A DNA stretch of 20,000 nucleotides, from the IMG/VR virus record IMGVR_UViG_3300021964_000043, one strand, 5' to 3'. This DNA comes from an uncultured virus (IMG/VR IMGVR_UViG_3300021964_000043). Lineage: Duplodnaviria; Heunggongvirae; Uroviricota; Caudoviricetes. A model generated the notes under the pieces. That model was not told where the DNA came from and did no database searches. It saw only the letters and a program-made list of their open reading frames with translations. The position numbers and the translations under genes were made by a program. Below are positions 14,529 through 20,000 of the stretch, in pieces; the first letter of the stretch is position 1; each line of letters starts with the position of its first letter.

Positions 14529-14969
14529 CTAACCTACATGATCCTCAGTGAGAATTTTGAATTCCATGTTTCTATCTTTACACCACTCTATTGCAGCTTC
14601 CCATTTTGCTTTGTTCACACCCCATGTACGAACTTCATTGAGAAACCTTTTAGTCTTGCGTTGGGGTATGGTTGGCGGGCCACATTGTGATTTTGGTTTG
14701 ACTTCAATCAGCATCTTTTTGATTGCGCCGTCTGACTGTTTTACTTTGATGTAGAAATCTGGAAAATATCTATGCACTTTACCATCTAGTGGAGAACGAT
14801 ATGGTATGATTACCTCTTCACTACCCCACTCAATAATAGCATCACTTCTGTCGCAATACAACATAAACCTACGCTCCCAAGAACTACGATATACAATGTT
14901 GTTGTAGTCGCCTCTATATTTCTGTGGTTTATTGGGAACATATCTTCCCTTATGTGGTTTGAATGCCAT
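14529..14969 (-). CDS. gp4: Head completion protein (TnsA-like nuclease fold)
   Basis: KYRGD..NIVYRSSWERRFM, WGSEEVIIPY.SPLD...HRYFPDF, IEVKP, NKAKWEAA, FKILTE; start ATG 14969. Confidence 0.93.
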   Translation of the reverse strand: MAFKPHKGRYVPNKPQKYRGDYNNIVYRSSWERRFMLYCDRSDAIIEWGSEEVIIPYRSPLDGKVHRYFPDFYIKVKQSDGAIKKMLIEVKPKSQCGPPTIPQRKTKRFLNEVRTWGVNKAKWEAAIEWCKDRNMEFKILTEDHVG

Positions 14970-14978
14970 TACAATCCG

Positions 14979-14986
14979 TATAAATA
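14979..14986 (+). promoter_or_regulatory. T4-type late promoter for the gp48 operon
   Basis: Exact TATAAATA upstream of AGGA SD and ATG 15014. Confidence 0.8.
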
Positions 14987-15006
14987 CTTTCATAAGGTTA
15001 TAGGAT

Positions 15007-15014
15007 TATTTATA
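15007..15014 (-). promoter_or_regulatory. T4-type late promoter for gp4
   Basis: Plus-strand TATTTATA = TATAAATA on the minus strand. Confidence 0.75.
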
Positions 15015-15934
15015 TGGCATTACGAACAACAATTAATAGAAAGAATAGTGGAAAGGTCGGGGCCAACTTTTTAAGTTATCCAGATTCTTTAGGAACTCTG
15101 AAACGGCATGACCATTATGTTATGTTCTTTATCAATATGCAAGCTAATTCAACTGCAAAAGTTAATTTTGGACAACGGTATGAAAGCACATATAGACCTG
15201 ATGGTTCAACATTACCAGGCAGTACAAATAAAGAAGCAACAACTCTATCTATTAAAAGAGCACCAACCAAAAGACTTTCACAAGCAATTGCATTGTATAT
15301 GCCAGCTCAGTTATCTTTAAACCACACGGCAAATTATGGAGAACCAGAGATTGGTGCATTGACAGCCTTTGCTATGAGTTCTATAGGAACTATGTCATCG
15401 GATGCATCTGTTGGAGAGATGGTTAAAAAAATAGGTGCTGAGGCAGTGAGTGAAGCAGGCACGGCATTCGGACAAGCGCTGTTGGCGCTGGGTGATGCTA
15501 CCGTTACTCCAGGCGCTAAAGCGGCAGCAGAGATTGCAATGGGGAAAGTTGTAAACAATAGAACAGAGATGTCTTTTGAGGGGATTGGTAGAAGAAGCTT
15601 TTCTTTTTCGTTTAAAATGCTACCAAACAATGCAAAAGAAGCAGAAACTATTGAAGAAATTGTTACAGCATTTAGATTTCATGCAATGCCAGAAATCGAA
15701 GGGGATAATTTGGCGGGGAGAACTATGATCCCACCATCAACATTTGATATCGAATATTTTCCAAACACGCATCTTCACAGAATATCAACATCAGTTTTGG
15801 AATCGGTTGATATAAAATATGGTGGAGAACGAACACAATTTTTCACTGATGATCAGCCAGTAGAAACAGAACTTACACTACAATTTAAAGAACTAGAGAT
15901 TATCACTAAAGAACGTGTATTGGCAGGATTTTAA
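15014..15934 (+). CDS. gp48: Baseplate tail tube cap
   Basis: IALYMP, VVN.R.EM.FEG...RSFSFSFKM.P..AKEA..I.EI...FRFH..P, LTLQFKELEIITK. Confidence 0.88.
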   Translation: MALRTTINRKNSGKVGANFLSYPDSLGTLKRHDHYVMFFINMQANSTAKVNFGQRYESTYRPDGSTLPGSTNKEATTLSIKRAPTKRLSQAIALYMPAQLSLNHTANYGEPEIGALTAFAMSSIGTMSSDASVGEMVKKIGAEAVSEAGTAFGQALLALGDATVTPGAKAAAEIAMGKVVNNRTEMSFEGIGRRSFSFSFKMLPNNAKEAETIEEIVTAFRFHAMPEIEGDNLAGRTMIPPSTFDIEYFPNTHLHRISTSVLESVDIKYGGERTQFFTDDQPVETELTLQFKELEIITKERVLAGF

Positions 15935-15936
15935 GT

Positions 15937-16464
15937 ATGGCATATTTTAGACAATTTCCAAAAGTAAATTATGATGTTCTTGGTAATAGAACTACTACCA
16001 GAATGACAAATTTAACCAGAAGAACTAGGTTTAGAGATTTTGTCAAACTAAACAATGTTTCTTTTGATTTTTATGATATTAAGGCTGGTGAAACCCCAGA
16101 GTATATTGCAAATGAGTTCTATGGTGATTCAGAATTACATTGGTTAATATTGATGGCAAATGACATTGTAGATTATTATACTGAATGGCCCATGAATGTT
16201 CAAATGTTTGAACAGTACATAAAAGAAAAATATGAAGATGTGAATGGAGTTCATCACTATGAAATATTTCAAACATCTGGCGACACAACAAAAACTATAG
16301 AAATTCCTAATGACTCTGCAAACACCATTCCAGTAGATGCGGTTACAATAACAAACTATGAATATGAAGATAGATTGCAAAATAGCAGAAGAAGAATACG
16401 TTTGATTCGTCCAGAATTTATCTCACAGATTAAAAAAGAATTCAGAAGCAAAATGAACGGATAA
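15937..16464 (+). CDS. gp53: Baseplate wedge subunit
   Basis: MAYF.QFPKV.YD, GETPE.IA.EFYGDSELHWLILMAN.IVD...EWP, VHHYE, TNYEYE...Q..RRRIRLIRP. Confidence 0.92.
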   Translation: MAYFRQFPKVNYDVLGNRTTTRMTNLTRRTRFRDFVKLNNVSFDFYDIKAGETPEYIANEFYGDSELHWLILMANDIVDYYTEWPMNVQMFEQYIKEKYEDVNGVHHYEIFQTSGDTTKTIEIPNDSANTIPVDAVTITNYEYEDRLQNSRRRIRLIRPEFISQIKKEFRSKMNG

Positions 16465-16468
16465 TATA

Positions 16469-17911
16469 ATGGCTGAACTAAAATATGCCGGTGAATTTAT
16501 TATTGAAGAGTGTACTTTATGTACAGTTAGTGGTCATCAAATAGACTTAAAAGAACAGTTTACTACCCTTACTATATTTGAAGACATTAATTCAAATTCC
16601 ATTACTGGCAATATTACCTTTGTAGATACCAATAATCTTACTGCAAACCTTTCTATTGTAGGACAAGAAAAACTAAAATTATTGGTTGCAACTCCAAACG
16701 CAGATGATATTTATGAAAGAGATATTTCAGTAAACTTTACTGATAGCCCTTTGTATGTGTATCAAGTTGCAAATAGTTTGAACATGAATGACAGAACCAA
16801 ACTATTTACTTTAAGATTTACAACAGGCGAGTTTGTTAGAAACCAGCACGTTAGAGTTCAACAGTCCTTTACTGGAGAACCATCAGATATTATTAAAAAA
16901 GTTTTACGAGGCGAAGAATATTTAAATTCCAAAAAAGAATTCTTTTACGAAAAAACAACAAATCTATTTAAACTGGTGCCGGCGACAAGAAGACCATTTG
17001 ATTTTATTAATCAACTATCCAAAAGATGTTTGTCAAAAGAATATAATTTTTCTTCATCATTTCGTTTCTATGAAACTTGTGAGGGGTATTTCCTAAGAAC
17101 AATTGATAGCATGATGGATAGAAAAAATCCAAAAATGATATATAGAGAACTGACTCCATCAGCCTCTGATCAGTCAGACAGTGCATTGAATCTTAATAAT
17201 ATCACAAGTTATAATGTTATGGATTCAAGAGATACCGTTCTACAAACAGGTGCCGGTATGTTAGGTTCTAATTATCTAGAAGTAGATACTTTCAATAAAA
17301 CATATACACCATTCCCATACAATTACTCAGAGGACTATGATAATCAAGTTCATGTTGATGAACATAATGGTTATGGTTCACAAAAAGCTATACCATTTTC
17401 TTTGGCAAAAGATGACTACGGAAATATAATATCAGAGTACCCCAATTCTGTTCAGTATCTTCAATACACCCAAAGAAATAAACCATCAGCTGATGGTGGA
17501 TTATTGAACCCAGCATATGATACTGAGGTAGATTATAATGGACACGATATCTGGTTGCAAAGAAGAAGAGCGAGGCAAACGTCTTTAGACACTGCTGTTA
17601 CCTTACAACTAAGAGTTCCTGGCAATACTACAATTCATGCTGGAGATTTGATTGGTGTAGTATTAAAAAATCAAACAGATTCCGAATCAGAACTTGATCC
17701 ATATCTGTCTGGAAAATATCTGATAACAAACATAAGACACGAATTTAAAAATGGTTCTGGTAGAAATATGCACGATTTACATATTGATTGTGTTCGTGAT
17801 TCTTCCCAAATCCAGTATCCTAATGTTGGAGTTTCAATATCAGATAGTGGAAAAAAACTAGAAGCTATTATTCCAAAAGGAGATAGCGATTCAAACGAAA
17901 TAATTTTTTAA
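16469..17911 (+). CDS. Baseplate hub protein (gp27/late-control D-like)
   Basis: IFEDI....ITG.I.FVD..N.....I.GQE, P..RPFDFI..L, F.FYET..G, VPGNT..HAGD.I, LSGKYLIT.IRH; follows gp53. Confidence 0.72.
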   Translation: MAELKYAGEFIIEECTLCTVSGHQIDLKEQFTTLTIFEDINSNSITGNITFVDTNNLTANLSIVGQEKLKLLVATPNADDIYERDISVNFTDSPLYVYQVANSLNMNDRTKLFTLRFTTGEFVRNQHVRVQQSFTGEPSDIIKKVLRGEEYLNSKKEFFYEKTTNLFKLVPATRRPFDFINQLSKRCLSKEYNFSSSFRFYETCEGYFLRTIDSMMDRKNPKMIYRELTPSASDQSDSALNLNNITSYNVMDSRDTVLQTGAGMLGSNYLEVDTFNKTYTPFPYNYSEDYDNQVHVDEHNGYGSQKAIPFSLAKDDYGNIISEYPNSVQYLQYTQRNKPSADGGLLNPAYDTEVDYNGHDIWLQRRRARQTSLDTAVTLQLRVPGNTTIHAGDLIGVVLKNQTDSESELDPYLSGKYLITNIRHEFKNGSGRNMHDLHIDCVRDSSQIQYPNVGVSISDSGKKLEAIIPKGDSDSNEIIF

Positions 17912-17974
17912 GGAGGGCCCTAGACAACAACTCGTTTTGTTATGACAACCATTAACCAAACATAGAGGTAACAG

Positions 17975-18157
17975 ATGACCACAAAACTCAAAAATCGTAT
18001 CAAGAAGATGACATTTCAAAAATCACAGAATAGAGATATTAATATTGAGAATACTGAGGAAACTAAATACTATGAGGAAATGTATAAACAAAAGTCGATG
18101 GAGTTGTTAGGAATAAAACATGAAAACATTTACAGAGTTGCAAGAGGGAGTTTATGA
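17975..18157 (+). CDS. Small hypothetical protein (60 aa)
   Basis: GAGGT SD; overlaps the start of the kinase gene. Confidence 0.5.
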   Translation: MTTKLKNRIKKMTFQKSQNRDINIENTEETKYYEEMYKQKSMELLGIKHENIYRVARGSL

Positions 18158-18786
18158 TCCCAATATTTTTAAAGCAATCTTCCTAGCAGGTGGGCCTGGC
18201 AGCGGTAAATCATACGTTGTCAGGCGTACCACTGGTGGATTAGGTATGAAGATTGTCAATAGTGATGATATCTATGAAAAGATGTTAAATGACGCTGGGT
18301 TGGAAACTACACCAGAAGATATCTTTTCAGACAAAGGACAAGAGATTCGTGTGCGAGCGAAAGGCAGTTACATCCAATATGCAAAAAAACTTCTTGGATG
18401 GTAGACTTGGACTTATTATTGATGGTACTGGTAAAGACTATGACAAGATTGCAAAACAAGTTGCTGGATTAAAAAGTATTGGTTATGAATGTTACATGAT
18501 ATTTGTAAACACATCACTTGACACTGCACAAGAAAGAAACAGAATGAGAAAACGCACCTTGCCAGAAAAACAGGTTGAGGAAATGTGGAAAGGCGTTCAA
18601 CAGAATATCGGCAAGTTCCAAAGACTTTTTGGTACATCAAGTATGATTATCGTTGATAATAATGATGCTGGTGAGGATGTATTTGAAAAGGTATGGAAGC
18701 GAATCGCAATGTTGGTTAAGAAAAAAGTAGCGAATCACGTTGCAAAAAGATGGATTTCACAGGAACTTGCAAAAAAAGCACGATAA
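18120..18786 (+). pseudogene. P-loop kinase/ATPase (zeta-toxin/AAA_33-like) split by a one-base frameshift at ~18360-18364
   Basis: Walker A AIFLAGGPGSGKS and VNSDD in the first ORF; LIIDGTG, YMIFVNTSLDTA.ERN..R.R in the second. The span is 667 nt = 3x222+1. Could be a sequencing error rather than a true pseudogene. Confidence 0.75.
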
Positions 18787-18815
18787 AAACGTAAATAATT
18801 ACAAAAAAAGTAACT

Positions 18816-18844
18816 AAGGCCCTGTTTTTACAGGGTCTTTTTTT
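18816..18844 (+). terminator. Rho-independent terminator
   Basis: AAGGCCCTGT-TTTT-ACAGGGTCTT followed by a T-run. Confidence 0.85.
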
Positions 18845-18855
18845 GTGATTTTCTC

Positions 18856-18884
18856 TTGACATTGTTATTAAAACATGATAGCAT
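18856..18884 (+). promoter_or_regulatory. Sigma70-type promoter
   Basis: TTGACA N17 TAGCAT with a TGn extension, upstream of AAGGAG SD. Confidence 0.65.
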
Positions 18885-18913
18885 GACTATAGAAAGTGAG
18901 AAAAGGAGAGAAT

Positions 18914-19558
18914 ATGTTCTATAGTTCTACAGACGCCTACAAAGCTGCCCTTGCTACTAACAAGATGGGTAACGATCTTGCAAACAAGTATGCGAACTAT
19001 GTTGGTAAGAAGTTGAAACAACAGAAAACTGGCCGGCTTCAGAACTCTTGTGTAGACAGTGGTAAAAACAAAGTCTACAAATCAGAGTGGGCAACTGAAC
19101 GTAAGTTCCCAGAGTGTAAACAGTCAATGACTGAAAAAGAAGTGACTAAGTTTTTCAATCGTGTTATCAAGTCTAAGACTTATCAGACACTATCAGAAAA
19201 GGGGTATTCTAACCCTACACTTGAGTTTATGAAAACGGTGAACTACAATGCTCGAATTGCTGGACAAGCAACCAGTGGTGGACGTATTCGACTGCAACCA
19301 AGTTGTGGAATGAACAAATGGGTTGTGCTCCATGAACTTGCACACACTGCTGGACATATGCACCACGACTTACCGTTCCGACAGGCATTAGTCAAACTGA
19401 TTTCACGGTTCTTAGGAACTGAGGTGGCAAAGGAACTCAAACGACAGTTTCGTGTTCACAAGGTAAAGATGAGTGTTTCTCAGACAATCAAATCGCCTGA
19501 GAGATGGTTACAAGATTATTATAAAATGGCCGCAATGCGGCAGAAAGTGAAGGGATAA
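18914..19558 (+). CDS. HEXXH zinc metallopeptidase-like protein (SprT/Rv0185-like)
   Basis: KVYKSE, WVVLHELAHTAGHMHHDLPF (HEXXH plus downstream His); ATG 18914 after AAGGAG. Confidence 0.75.
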   Translation: MFYSSTDAYKAALATNKMGNDLANKYANYVGKKLKQQKTGRLQNSCVDSGKNKVYKSEWATERKFPECKQSMTEKEVTKFFNRVIKSKTYQTLSEKGYSNPTLEFMKTVNYNARIAGQATSGGRIRLQPSCGMNKWVVLHELAHTAGHMHHDLPFRQALVKLISRFLGTEVAKELKRQFRVHKVKMSVSQTIKSPERWLQDYYKMAAMRQKVKG

Positions 19559-19561
19559 AAT

Positions 19562-20000
19562 ATGACTTTATACTTAGATATGGACGGAGTGATTGCAGAC
19601 TTCTTTACTGCGTTTGCAAATGCAAACAACGTAACACATTGGAAGTCGATTAAGGATAAGGAACGTGCCTTGGTAGAGGCTAGAAACACCGACTTCTTCA
19701 ATCAGATTGATGTTTTCCCAACAACACAAAAACTGATAGACTTTGTTCGTTCTACTGGTGATTGGGGAATCTGTTCTTCACCGCTTCGTGGAGATACGAT
19801 GAACTCTGCATACTGGAAAAGAGTATGGCTAGAACGTCATGGGTTTATGCCTGATGTAGAGAAATGTATCTTTACTGGTAATAAACACAAGTATGCTATC
19901 AATCGTCTAACTGGTAAACCAAACATCCTAGTAGACGATAAACCAGATAACATCAAACGCTGGATTGACGCTGGTGGTATCGGTATTCGTTATCAGGCAG
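19562..20000 (+). CDS. 5'(3')-deoxyribonucleotidase, HAD superfamily (partial, runs off window)
   Basis: MTLYLDMDGVIADFF (HAD motif I), ICSSP, K..WL, NILVDDKPDNI..W..AGGIGI. Confidence 0.9.
   Translation, partial: MTLYLDMDGVIADFFTAFANANNVTHWKSIKDKERALVEARNTDFFNQIDVFPTTQKLIDFVRSTGDWGICSSPLRGDTMNSAYWKRVWLERHGFMPDVEKCIFTGNKHKYAINRLTGKPNILVDDKPDNIKRWIDAGGIGIRYQA

Noticed and set aside
14529..14969. Tn7 TnsA transposase or homing endonuclease
   Set aside because: The TnsA-like fold is expected for T4 gp4; context next to gp2 is canonical and no transposon ends are seen.
18120..18786. Epsilon/zeta toxin-antitoxin system with the 60-aa upstream ORF
   Set aside because: Only a generic P-loop kinase similarity; the upstream ORF shows no recognisable antitoxin features.
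1..20000. CRISPR array, intron or alternative genetic code
   Set aside because: No regularly spaced direct repeats, no group I/II intron core motifs in any gene, and core genes are full length in the standard code.

Overview
A 20-kb segment of a T4-like (Tevenvirinae-related) myophage genome. Its two-piece permuted tmRNA with an ANDNF...LAA tag suggests an alphaproteobacterial host. The left part (~100-8460, minus strand) carries replication and late-transcription genes (gp32, gp59, gp33), a SleB-type cell-wall hydrolase and many small early genes. These are driven by six near-identical TTTACA-N17-TA(T/G)AAT promoters. Embedded there is an RNA island: a circularly permuted tmRNA gene (~6920-7213) and an unannotated ~430-nt, highly structured non-coding region with its own promoter (~6180-6608). 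The right part is a late structural module with TATAAATA promoters: tape-measure-like protein, EF-hand membrane protein, gp26/gp51, gp54-like, gp2, gp4, gp48, gp53 and a hub protein. It is followed by a frameshifted P-loop kinase, an HEXXH metallopeptidase and a partial HAD 5'(3')-nucleotidase. The top leads are the orphan structured RNA next to tmRNA and a likely programmed -1 frameshift (T TTT TTC) fusing gp26 to a start-less gp51-like domain just upstream of the tape-measure gene, like lambda G/GT. Protein calls come from motif recognition only; no searches were run.
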